From positions 982-64,981 of the forward strand of contig JAILAB010000058.1 of the NCBI GenBank assembly GCA_024681855.1: a stretch of 64,000 bases of DNA, given 5' to 3'. The stretch comes from Elusimicrobiales bacterium. Lineage in GTDB: Bacteria > Elusimicrobiota > Elusimicrobia > Elusimicrobiales > UBA9959. Both the position numbers and the translations under genes were made by a program. Positions 39,742-48,727 of this stretch are shown piece by piece; position 1 is the stretch's first letter; every line of letters starts with the position of its first letter. Under the pieces are notes generated by a model. That model did not search any database, was not told the origin of the DNA, and saw nothing but the letters and a program-made list of their open reading frames with translations.

Positions 39742-40734
39742 ATGAAGACAATTACAGTGAAATCAATGTCTTTTTTTCTCGCAATTGCTCTTATTGTTTT
39801 TACCATTCCGCAATCATGGGCATCTGGCCAGTCCCCAGTCAATGGCAGTCAGGCAGGCGATGATGAGCTTCTTACTGAGCTTTTGTGGCCTGGAATAAGC
39901 AATGCTCCGGTCGGAAAAAGGCCTTCCGTAGGCGTTGCTCTTGCTGGCGGCGGAGCTAGGGCATTTACGCATACAGGTTTTATTCAGGCCATGCAATATG
40001 CATCTTTTCCCATTGACTATGTTGCTGGAACGTCAATGGGCTCCATAATAGGCGCATATTATTCGGCAGGTAAGCCTATAGATGGTTTGTGGCAGCTTGG
40101 AGGAAAGCTCGTAAAACTTGGCATAAAAAAAGATTTCTTAAATGTAAAGCTGCTTCCGCTGGTCTTTAAAAATAAAATGATGCCTGCCAATAATATAAAG
40201 CGCATTATAGGCGAGATGTTCGGCAGCCTTAACATAGAAGATCTTGATAAGCCCTTTGCCTGTGTAGCCGTAGATGTGCGCACTGGAGAAAAAATAGTAT
40301 TTCGCAGCGGCCCCGTGGCCATTGCTGTGCGGGCAAGCGCCAATTTCCCTGGTTTTTTTGAGCCTCTGCAATATAATCAGCGCTATCTGATAGACGGAGG
40401 CGTAGTGGAAAATATTCCTGTTGATGTTGTAAGGGCCATGGGAGCAAACTGGATAATAGCCAGCGTTGACAATGTGATTTCTGATTCCATGCCTGAAAAT
40501 GTCCTCTCCGTGCTTATGCAGGTAATAGATGTGCGCGGCAGGATGCTTGCCGAAGAATCTGTAAAAAAAGCTGATTTTGTAGTGGATCCACCAGTAGGCG
40601 GCATTTCCACAATAGCATTTGAAAAGTCAATAGAAGCTGCAGAGGCAGGACTTTTGCAGACAATGAAAGATATGCCGGCTATGAAAAGGGCATATATATT
40701 AAAAGCTATAAAAATGAGAACGGAGGCGGAATGA
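39742..40734 (+). CDS. Secreted patatin-like phospholipase
   Basis: Signal-like N-terminus; LAGGGARAF.H.G, GTSMGS, VRAS.NFPGFF.P, IDGG. Confidence 0.9.
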   Translation: MKTITVKSMSFFLAIALIVFTIPQSWASGQSPVNGSQAGDDELLTELLWPGISNAPVGKRPSVGVALAGGGARAFTHTGFIQAMQYASFPIDYVAGTSMGSIIGAYYSAGKPIDGLWQLGGKLVKLGIKKDFLNVKLLPLVFKNKMMPANNIKRIIGEMFGSLNIEDLDKPFACVAVDVRTGEKIVFRSGPVAIAVRASANFPGFFEPLQYNQRYLIDGGVVENIPVDVVRAMGANWIIASVDNVISDSMPENVLSVLMQVIDVRGRMLAEESVKKADFVVDPPVGGISTIAFEKSIEAAEAGLLQTMKDMPAMKRAYILKAIKMRTEAE

Positions 40735-41729
40735 AAATAAACATATCCTCTGGCTCATTTAAAATGGCGTTCTTCTTGTTTTTATCTTCACTTGCTGTAT
40801 GCCCAGCTTCGGCATGGTTTTTTTTTCAGCCTAAGAATAAGGCCGCTGAGAGCATTCTCAAGGATATGGAAAAAGCCTATGATAAAGGAAACTGTCTCCT
40901 TGTGCATGAGCTTTATGAAAAAATATTTGCCGAAAATCCATCTGCGGAAATTAGAGAAAAAGTTTATAATTATGTTGGAATATGTTATGAGAAAAGCGGT
41001 CCTGCGGATAAGGCCATAAGTATTTATAAGCTGGCATCTGGCCTTTATCCTAAAAATGCTTTTTTTTCTTATAGGCTTGCGCTAATATATAATGAAACCG
41101 GTTTTTATGATAAAGCCTTGCCCCTTTTTAAAACAGCTATAAAAAAACATTTTAATGAAGTTGGCGCTCTTGTTGGAGCTGCCAGGGCCAGCGAAAAGCT
41201 TGGAAAACTTGGAGAAGCGGCTAAATATTATGAGGAAGCTCTTTCAAACTCTGAAGATGAAGATATATCTGTTATTAAAGAGTTTGCATCATGCCTGATC
41301 AAATCTGCCCGTTTTGAAGAAGCCCGGGCTGTTATAGAGAAAGGATATGCCATTAAGCCTGAAGCAGACTGGCCTGCGCTTATAGCTAAAACTTTTGCCG
41401 CTGAAGGCCGTTTTGATGATGCTTCTGCAGCCATGGCTTCTGCCATTGGTTATGATCCTAAAAGAGAATATCGTATTTCAAAAGGCTTTTACGATTACTG
41501 GGCCGGGAATAAAGAGGCTGCTGAATCTGCAGCGGATGATTTGCTTGCGGCAGATGGCAAGGATTTCCTTGCGGCATTTTTAAAGGGACTGTTGCTGTAT
41601 TCTTCGGATAAAAAATCTGAAGCAGATAAGTATTTCCGCCTTGCGGCTTGCGGAGGAAATTTTGTTTCTGAAGCTGCAAGAAAAATGTCTTCGGCTGAAC
41701 TGCCGGATGCTAAGGAGCTGTGCAAATGA
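40731..41729 (+). CDS. Secreted TPR-repeat protein
   Basis: Signal peptide; repeated TPR helices; ATGA overlaps at both ends. Confidence 0.75.
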   Translation: MKINISSGSFKMAFFLFLSSLAVCPASAWFFFQPKNKAAESILKDMEKAYDKGNCLLVHELYEKIFAENPSAEIREKVYNYVGICYEKSGPADKAISIYKLASGLYPKNAFFSYRLALIYNETGFYDKALPLFKTAIKKHFNEVGALVGAARASEKLGKLGEAAKYYEEALSNSEDEDISVIKEFASCLIKSARFEEARAVIEKGYAIKPEADWPALIAKTFAAEGRFDDASAAMASAIGYDPKREYRISKGFYDYWAGNKEAAESAADDLLAADGKDFLAAFLKGLLLYSSDKKSEADKYFRLAACGGNFVSEAARKMSSAELPDAKELCK

Positions 41730-42592
41730 AGTTTTGGAAAATGTCAGGAGCAGGCAATGATTTTGTTCTTATAGAAGATAAGAGCTTTTCTTATAAATAT
41801 CTTTCAGGCCTTGCCGTTAAATTATGCCGCCGCCGCATTTCCATAGGAGCAGACGGACTTCTTGCCGTTAGCCGGCTTGATAATGGCAATGTTCGCATGC
41901 GTTATTTCAATTCAGACGGCACGGAGGCTTTCTGCGGCAATGGATCAAGATGTTCTCTTTTGTGGGCTTATGCAAAGGGGCTTTGCGGCCGCAAGGTTTC
42001 TTTAGAAGCTCTTCCAGGCATTCTAAATGCTGAAATCATTTCTGATAAAGAAGTAAAAATGGCAATGCCTGATGTAAAAAGCCCAGAAATGTTAAACCTG
42101 AACCTTCTTTCCGGCATAAAAAAGGATATTATATTTATGGATACCGGCGTTCCGCACTGCGTTGTGATTCTGCCGGAATGGCAGCTGGATTCATTTGACA
42201 TAGCCTCAGAGGGCCGCGCCTTGCGTTATAATAAGATTTTTCCACAAGGCGCTAATGTGGATTTTATTTCAATATCCAAGCCTGATGACAGCGTAGCGCT
42301 TGTGAAGGTCAGAACATATGAAAGGGGCGTTGAGGCTGAAACTCTGGCCTGCGGAACAGGCATAACAGCTTCGGCTATTGCCGCAGCATTGTCTGCAAAG
42401 CTTCCTTCCCCTGTTTCATTGCGCAGCCTTAGCGGCGAGAATTTTAAAGTGTGGTTTGAAATTAGCAATGGGCCTGAATATGAAGCAAGGCTTGAAAAAG
42501 ACAGCCGGAAAAACTCTCTTTTCCCTGATGCAAAAAATATTTTCATTCAGGGCCCGGCTGAAATAACTTTTACAGGAGAAATAAATGTTTAA
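41726..42592 (+). CDS. dapF: Diaminopimelate epimerase
   Basis: KMSGAGNDF, IGADG, FCGNGSRC, TGVPH, ERGVE.ETLACGTG. Confidence 0.95.
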   Translation: MKFWKMSGAGNDFVLIEDKSFSYKYLSGLAVKLCRRRISIGADGLLAVSRLDNGNVRMRYFNSDGTEAFCGNGSRCSLLWAYAKGLCGRKVSLEALPGILNAEIISDKEVKMAMPDVKSPEMLNLNLLSGIKKDIIFMDTGVPHCVVILPEWQLDSFDIASEGRALRYNKIFPQGANVDFISISKPDDSVALVKVRTYERGVEAETLACGTGITASAIAAALSAKLPSPVSLRSLSGENFKVWFEISNGPEYEARLEKDSRKNSLFPDAKNIFIQGPAEITFTGEINV

Positions 42593-43451
42593 TCTTTCAG
42601 GATGTTTTACCGCTCTCATAACGCCGTTCAAAAATGGCGGCATTGATTTTCCTTCATTAAGAAGGCTTGTGCGCTTTCAGATAGAAAATGGCGTTTCAGG
42701 CATTGTGCCATGCGGTTCCACAGGCGAAGCCTCATCTCTTTCTGCCGATGAGCATATTGCTGTAATCAAGACCGTAATTGAAGAGGCTGGGGGAAAAATT
42801 CAGGTGCTTGCCGGCGCAGGGTCTAATTGCACGGCTGCTGCTGTTGAGCTTGTCCGGAAAACAGCAGCTCTAAAGCCTGATGCTATTTTATCTGTTGCTC
42901 CATGCTATAATAAGCCCACACAGGAAGGGCTTAAAGCGCATTTTAAGGCCATAGCCGAGGCAGCATGCATGCCAGTGGTTCTTTATAATATCCCAGGCAG
43001 AACGGGAGTTAATATGAGCCCTGATACCATATCCATGCTTGCAAGGGAATGCTCAAACATAATAGGCATAAAAGAGGCTAGCGGCAGCCTGGACCAGGTT
43101 AGCGAAATAAAGAGAAATGCACCGGAAAAATTTTCTATTATAAGCGGCGATGACAGCCTGACTCTGCCAATGATGTCCATAGGGGCTTCCGGAGTGATTT
43201 CTGTAGTTTCAAATATCTATCCTAAGGAAACAGCGGAAATGTGCCGTCTTGCCGCTATGGGAAATTTTACGGAAGCGTCAAAAATACATTATAAGCTTTT
43301 CCCTATTATAAAGGCTCTCTTCTGTGAGACGAACCCCATTCCGATAAAATATGCTGCAAGCCTGAAAGGCTTTTGCCAGCCGGATATGCGCCTTCCGCTT
43401 CTTCCTTTTTCAGAGGAAAAAAGAGAAAAGCTGTCCAAACTTCTCTTCTGA
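42585..43451 (+). CDS. dapA: 4-hydroxy-tetrahydrodipicolinate synthase
   Basis: ALITPF, GSTGE, YNKP.QEG, LYNIPGRTG, GIKEASG, SGDD, ETNP.P.K. Confidence 0.96.
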   Translation: MFNLSGCFTALITPFKNGGIDFPSLRRLVRFQIENGVSGIVPCGSTGEASSLSADEHIAVIKTVIEEAGGKIQVLAGAGSNCTAAAVELVRKTAALKPDAILSVAPCYNKPTQEGLKAHFKAIAEAACMPVVLYNIPGRTGVNMSPDTISMLARECSNIIGIKEASGSLDQVSEIKRNAPEKFSIISGDDSLTLPMMSIGASGVISVVSNIYPKETAEMCRLAAMGNFTEASKIHYKLFPIIKALFCETNPIPIKYAASLKGFCQPDMRLPLLPFSEEKREKLSKLLF

Positions 43452-43487
43452 AATATTAAACAGTAAATTTTTACTGCTCATTTCCTG

Positions 43488-43653
43488 TTTTCTTTTTTGC
43501 TCCGTATAAGGAGAGCATTGATTTTAGAATTTTCTCGTAATGCTGAATTTATTTCAGCAACTCTGCGGCTTAATGATGTTCTGAAACAAGTTCAGGACGA
43601 CGAAGTAATATTTGCGTTTTCTATAAATATTTTGTGTCAATGCTTTCTTTTAA
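43488..43653. repeat. Dispersed ~165-bp palindromic repeat, copy 1
   Basis: Core TGCTGAATTTATTTCAGCA...CTGAAACAAGTTCAGGAC; aligns with the reverse complement of 56641-56808. Confidence 0.8.
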
Positions 43654-43667
43654 CAGGGCATTCTTTT

Positions 43668-44981
43668 TTATTCTTTCAGAATTGAGCGAGCGGCTTCAAT
43701 ACCTTCTTTTATGGCTTCTTCCATGAAAGAATATTTCCACGCCCCATAACGGCCTATGGAAAATATTCCCCTGTCTTTAAGCCAGCTGAATATTTCTGGC
43801 AAGGCTTCAGCCCTTTCCCTGTCATAGATTACATAAGCAGGATTCATTTTTAGCCATAGCTTTTCTTCAATCTGATTGAGGTTTTTAATGAAACCGCATT
43901 CTTTTAATGCCCGGAATGAAGTTTTTTCCAGTTTGTTAAAATCAATTTCCCCGTTTCCATTGTCGCTGTCAGGAGGAAATGCAAATTCAAGATATAAAGA
44001 TGCCTTGCCTTTAGGGGCAGTTTCATTGGAAAAATTTGAGGCTGCCCCGGCACGGTAAAAAGGGTATTTTTTTTCTGGAAAATATGCCCAATGCGTTTTA
44101 GGAGCAGGTTTTTTTATCCCCAGGTTTAGAACATAAACGGTATTGCTTTTAAGTCTTGAAGCGTGGCTAAGTATGTGCTTAGGCGCATTTTTCTGCATTT
44201 TTATAAAAAAAGGCAGCGGAGCTGTGTTTATAAGATGACGGAATTTTATTTTTCCTAAATTTTTTATTTCTGCTGTCTTTGTTTCCATGTTTATGGAAAT
44301 AACTTCACATCCAAGACGAAGCCCGGAAAGAGTCTCAGCCATTTTTTCCGCAAGAAAGCCTATGCCTCCCTTTTTAGGATAACGGAAAACTGTATTATAT
44401 CCGAATTTTTTTTGGCTGCTGCCATAAGCGCCTTTAAGAATGTCATTCCTGTCTGGCATGGGAACAAACGGAGCGCACCATTCTGTTGTTACCTTGTCAA
44501 GCGGATGCTGAAGCAGCTTAAAATTATATGGAAGCATAAAATGCCTCGATATCCCTTTGCCGAATACCCGTTCTGCCCAGCATTTATAATTTTCATGCTC
44601 TTGAGGCGGCATGCCCAGGTCTGCCGCTTTTAGAAATTCCCTTACGCATTCTGAGCGTACTTTTTCAGGCAGTTTTTTTAGATTAGCCTGAAAAGGAAAA
44701 GGAATGTTTTTGCCGAAAATGCGCACTTTGGCATTTCTTTCCAACAGCATGCAGTTGTTTCCGAGAAGAGAAAGTATCAGTTCTGTTGTCTCAGGCCAGC
44801 GCAGATGCAGCAGATGGCCTGAATAATCAAAGAAATAGCCTTTTGTTTTTATTGTTGCTGAAAGCCCGCCGGGGCGCAATTCCCGTTCGGCTATGATATA
44901 TGGCTGTTTTCCTTCCAGCGTATATCCTGCAGCCAGTCCGGCTAAGCCGCCGCCTATAATGAGCGTTCCGGTTTCAGTCAT
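43668..44981 (-). CDS. FAD-dependent oxidoreductase resembling eukaryote-type UDP-galactopyranose mutase
   Basis: GGGLAGL, FDYSGH, PFPFQ.N, FM.PYN.K, FRYPK.GG.G, YFPE..YPFYR, GRYGAWKY. Confidence 0.75.
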   Translation of the reverse strand: MTETGTLIIGGGLAGLAAGYTLEGKQPYIIAERELRPGGLSATIKTKGYFFDYSGHLLHLRWPETTELILSLLGNNCMLLERNAKVRIFGKNIPFPFQANLKKLPEKVRSECVREFLKAADLGMPPQEHENYKCWAERVFGKGISRHFMLPYNFKLLQHPLDKVTTEWCAPFVPMPDRNDILKGAYGSSQKKFGYNTVFRYPKKGGIGFLAEKMAETLSGLRLGCEVISINMETKTAEIKNLGKIKFRHLINTAPLPFFIKMQKNAPKHILSHASRLKSNTVYVLNLGIKKPAPKTHWAYFPEKKYPFYRAGAASNFSNETAPKGKASLYLEFAFPPDSDNGNGEIDFNKLEKTSFRALKECGFIKNLNQIEEKLWLKMNPAYVIYDRERAEALPEIFSWLKDRGIFSIGRYGAWKYSFMEEAIKEGIEAARSILKE

Positions 44982-45000
44982 TGCATTTATGTTAATGCAT

Positions 45001-45027
45001 GCCGCCTGCCTTATGCGGGCAGGCGGC
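45001..45027. other. GC-rich 10-bp hairpin between tkt and the downstream oxidoreductase
   Basis: GCCGCCTGCC-7 nt-GGCAGGCGGC; no U-tract on the minus strand, so possibly a stabiliser or partial terminator. Confidence 0.55.
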
Positions 45028-45034
45028 TATGTTT

Positions 45035-47002
45035 TTATTTCAGCATTTCCTCAGCTTTGGCGGCTATGGCTTCTGCTGTTATGCCGAGAGCTTCATATAC
45101 TTTCCCGGCGGGACCTGAAATGCCGTACCTGTCAATGCCTGCTGATGATGATGAATGGCCCAGGAAATCTGTCCAGCCTGTGGTTCTTCCAGCTTCAGCT
45201 GAAACTTTAGGCAGGTTAGGCATAAATACTGAATTGCGGTATTCCTCGTCTTGTTTCATAAACAGTTCAAAGGAAGGCACGGATATTATTCTTACGCCTA
45301 TGCCTTTTTTCTCAAGAATCTTTGCTGCATCGAAGAGCATGTGAACCTCGCTGCCTGTACCGGCCAGTTCAATCTGCGATGGCATTTTTGATGTGTAAAG
45401 TACATAAGCGCCCTTTTTAACTCCCTCCGAGATTTGTGCGCGGTATTCGGTGAGCAGTGGCAGTTTCTGGCGTGAGAGTGCCATACATACTGGCTTTCCG
45501 CTGCGTATGGCTGCCTCCCAGGCATAAAGCGTTTCCCAGGCATCTGCGGGGCGGAGCACTGTAAGCCCTGGTATCAGGCGCAGGCTCATCAGATGTTCTA
45601 TAGGCTGATGGGTGGGGCCGTCTTCTCCTACGCCTATGCTGTCATGCGTAAATATAAATATTGATGGAACCTGCATCATTGCGGCAAGGCGGATTGCCGG
45701 GCGCATGTAGTCAGAGAAAACAAGGAATGTGGCGCCAAAAGGTATTATGCCGCCATGAATTGCCATGCCGTTAATTAATGCTCCCATGGCATGTTCGCGT
45801 ATGCCATAATGCAAAGTTCTTTCCGGTTCTTCAGTGAAATTAGTTTTTGTGGAAGGGCCAAGGTCAGCCGCGCCGCCTGCGAGCCCTGGTATTCCTTTTG
45901 CTATAAGGTTAATCACTTTTCCGGAGGCTTCCCTCGTTGCTAAAGGTTTGTCAAAGAAAGCATTGTCAGGGTTAAAAAGCTTTTCAGGAATTTCCTTGCT
46001 TAAAAGGCTTTGCGCTATGGCCGCATTTTCCTGATATTGTTCCTGATATTTTTTCCACAGCTTGAACCAGGATTTTAATTCTTTTTCTCCGCTTTCTGCC
46101 TGCTTGGCGAAGCGTTCTCTCGCTTCATCTGGAACAAAAAAGGATTCCTTGGATGGCCAGCCCAGTTTTTCTTTAGTAGCAAGTATTTCTTCCGGCTTAA
46201 GAGGTTCCCCATGCACGGAAGCTTTATCCTGTTTTGGGCTGCCAAAGCCTATATGTGTTTTCGCTATAATGATTGACGGCTTTTCTTCTTCCCTTTTGGC
46301 TTTCCTTATTGCTGAATCTATTTCCTCTATGTCATTTCCGTCTTCAACTTCCAAAACTTGCCAGTTCTGCGCAAGGAAACGCTTTTTTATGTCCTCTGAG
46401 AAGGCTATGTCCGTGGAACCTTCAATTGTTATTCCATTTGAATCGTACAGGCATATAAGCTTGCCGAGTTTCATCTGGCCGGCAAGGGATGCCGCTTCAT
46501 AAGAAATGCCTTCCATAAGATCGCCGTCTCCAGCCAGCACATAAGTGAAATGGTTTACAAGCGGCTCTGCGTCTTTTTTATTTATCTTTTTAGCCGTAAG
46601 GGATTCAGCAAGAGCCATGCCTACTGCGGTGGCGAATCCCTGTCCCAACGGGCCTGTAGTCATTTCCACGCCTTTTGTGTGGCGATATTCAGGATGCCCT
46701 GGAGTAAGCGAGCCCAGCTGGCGGAAATTCTTTAAGTCATCCATTGTAAGTCCGAAGCCGTACAGGTGCAGTATGGCATAAAGCATTGAGGAGCCGTGCC
46801 CGGCTGAAAGCACAAAGCGGTCTCTGTCAAACCATTCCGGATTTGATGGCGAAAATTTCAGATGCCTGGACCATACGGTATAGGCCAGCGGCGCAGCTCC
46901 AAGCGGAATGCCGGGATGCCCGGAATTGGCTTTGCCTATCATATCTATGGCAAGCGTCCTTATGCTGTTTATGCAAAGTTCATCTGTAGCGTCTTTTTTC
47001 AT
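45035..47002 (-). CDS. tkt: Transketolase
   Basis: SGHPG, RDRFVLSAGH, TPGHPE, TTGPLGQG, GDGDLMEG, THDSIGVGEDGPTHQP. Confidence 0.97.
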   Translation of the reverse strand: MKKDATDELCINSIRTLAIDMIGKANSGHPGIPLGAAPLAYTVWSRHLKFSPSNPEWFDRDRFVLSAGHGSSMLYAILHLYGFGLTMDDLKNFRQLGSLTPGHPEYRHTKGVEMTTGPLGQGFATAVGMALAESLTAKKINKKDAEPLVNHFTYVLAGDGDLMEGISYEAASLAGQMKLGKLICLYDSNGITIEGSTDIAFSEDIKKRFLAQNWQVLEVEDGNDIEEIDSAIRKAKREEEKPSIIIAKTHIGFGSPKQDKASVHGEPLKPEEILATKEKLGWPSKESFFVPDEARERFAKQAESGEKELKSWFKLWKKYQEQYQENAAIAQSLLSKEIPEKLFNPDNAFFDKPLATREASGKVINLIAKGIPGLAGGAADLGPSTKTNFTEEPERTLHYGIREHAMGALINGMAIHGGIIPFGATFLVFSDYMRPAIRLAAMMQVPSIFIFTHDSIGVGEDGPTHQPIEHLMSLRLIPGLTVLRPADAWETLYAWEAAIRSGKPVCMALSRQKLPLLTEYRAQISEGVKKGAYVLYTSKMPSQIELAGTGSEVHMLFDAAKILEKKGIGVRIISVPSFELFMKQDEEYRNSVFMPNLPKVSAEAGRTTGWTDFLGHSSSSAGIDRYGISGPAGKVYEALGITAEAIAAKAEEMLK

Positions 47003-47556
47003 TTTTCCTCCAACAGGCGTATTTTCCAGGCCTGAAGCGCAATAATCGTTTTAACGTCTTTTATCTTTCCTTTTTTGAAAAGATTCCAAGCCTCTTCAAA
47101 AGGCATGGCTTCTGTTTTTAAAAATTCGTCCTCATCCGGGTGGCTTATGCCTGGGGTAAGGCCTTTCGCCGCATATACATGAAGAATCTCATCTGAAAAT
47201 GCGGCAGTTGTCCAAAAATCAGTTATTTTTTCATATTTCTCTGCCTTGTATCCGGTTTCTTCTTCCAGCTCAGCTTTAGCTCTTGCTAGAGGGTCATCTT
47301 CTGGCCCGGTGAGTTTCCCTGCCGGAATTTCAAGCGTTACCTGCCTTACAGGATAACGGTATTGACGCACAAAAATGATTCTTCCGTCAGGCAGTACTGG
47401 CAAAACGGCAGAAGCTCCCGGATGTTCCATGTATTCGCGCACGGATTTTTTTCCGTTAGGCAATATGATAGTGTCAGCATGAAAGCTTACTGCATTGCCC
47501 TTGAAAACAATTTTTTTCTCAAAAGGCAATTCTATTATGCTTGTGATTTTTTTCAT
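46999..47556 (-). CDS. NUDIX hydrolase, ADP-ribose pyrophosphatase family (NudF-like)
   Basis: RE...HPGA, VRQYRYP, EIPAGK, A.AELEEETGY, DEDEF. Confidence 0.88.
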   Translation of the reverse strand: MKKITSIIELPFEKKIVFKGNAVSFHADTIILPNGKKSVREYMEHPGASAVLPVLPDGRIIFVRQYRYPVRQVTLEIPAGKLTGPEDDPLARAKAELEEETGYKAEKYEKITDFWTTAAFSDEILHVYAAKGLTPGISHPDEDEFLKTEAMPFEEAWNLFKKGKIKDVKTIIALQAWKIRLLEEK

Positions 47557-47619
47557 TTAGATAAATTATATAAATTTGAAAAAAAAATAAAAACCTTATA
47601 ATTTGTTAAAATTATATCT

Positions 47620-48585
47620 ATGAACAAGATAAGTTTTTTCTCATTTGGTACGGCATTGATATTTTTTTCTGTTTTCTTTTTGGCCTCATGCTCAAACAAC
47701 AAGGAAATAATAGAAGCATATAATAACGGCAATTTTGAAAAGGCTGAATCATTATGCAGGCCTTTAGCAGAAAAAGATGAGCCGAACTGTCTTTACTTGC
47801 TTGGACGCATGGCCTATGAAGGAAGCGGCAGGCTTCAAAACAAAGAAGAGGCATATAAGCTTATGGGTAAGGCAGCGCAGCTGAATCACAGGAATGCTCA
47901 GTTCTTTTTAGGCATGATGCTTATAAATGATGAACAGGAAATAGACAATATTTCAGAAGATGCTTTAAATAACATAATGTATGCGGCAGAAGGCGGCCTT
48001 CCGGTTGCTCAAGAAACTTATTACTCTATTATTTCTAAAAAGAAGAATGCCACAGAGGAAGAAAAGAAAAAGGCAGAACTTTTCCTTAACTCAGCTGCTG
48101 AAAAGGGGAATGCAAGTGCCCAGGTTATATTGGGCAGCCAATATTGCGTGCCTGTGTCAACTGTAACCGCATGCCAGGAACAGGGGATCCCTCTGCTTGA
48201 AAAAGCCGCTGCTGACAATATGTTTGCCCAGCGCTCGCTTGGCATTGTTTATTATTCACGCAATGAATTTGACAAATCCATAGAACCTTTAAGGAAGGCA
48301 GCTCTGCAGGGAGATGGAGAGTCAGCATTTTTCTTGGGACGCATATATCTTGTTGGCAAAGGTTATGAGGATGGCTATAAATGGATTAAGGCAGCTTCTG
48401 TGGCAGGCGTTAAGGGTGCGGATGAACAGCTTAAAACATTTTCTTCCAGCGGTAATGCCAGCCTGATTCAGGAAGGGGAAAAACGCTATGCCCAGATACG
48501 CAAGACTATTGAATATAACAAGATGATCCTTAAGCGCCGCGTTGAGACCAGAGACATTGAAAAAGCATTCCTTGATAAAATCTGA
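47620..48585 (+). CDS. Sel1-repeat lipoprotein
   Basis: Lipobox LASC; Sel1 repeats (AA...NA.AQ..LG..Y). Confidence 0.8.
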   Translation: MNKISFFSFGTALIFFSVFFLASCSNNKEIIEAYNNGNFEKAESLCRPLAEKDEPNCLYLLGRMAYEGSGRLQNKEEAYKLMGKAAQLNHRNAQFFLGMMLINDEQEIDNISEDALNNIMYAAEGGLPVAQETYYSIISKKKNATEEEKKKAELFLNSAAEKGNASAQVILGSQYCVPVSTVTACQEQGIPLLEKAAADNMFAQRSLGIVYYSRNEFDKSIEPLRKAALQGDGESAFFLGRIYLVGKGYEDGYKWIKAASVAGVKGADEQLKTFSSSGNASLIQEGEKRYAQIRKTIEYNKMILKRRVETRDIEKAFLDKI

Positions 48586-48675
48586 GAATAGTAAGCATGA
48601 GATACATTAGCAGGGGCCTATAAAAGCCTGCTATGTTGAATATAAAAAAGCATTTGCACGGCAGTTAAGCGCATG

Positions 48676-48714
48676 GCAAATAAAAAACCCGGCTTGGCCG
48701 GGTTTTTTATTTGC
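48676..48714. terminator. Bidirectional terminator
   Basis: 18-bp perfect stem gcaaataaaaaacccggc-ttg-gccgggttttttatttgc. Confidence 0.88.
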
Positions 48715-48727
48715 TTGTTTTGTTCTG

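Noticed and set aside
43497-43685. 62-aa ORF and its apparent paralog at 56484-56777
   Set aside because: The similarity comes from translating the 165-bp DNA repeat; no evidence they code
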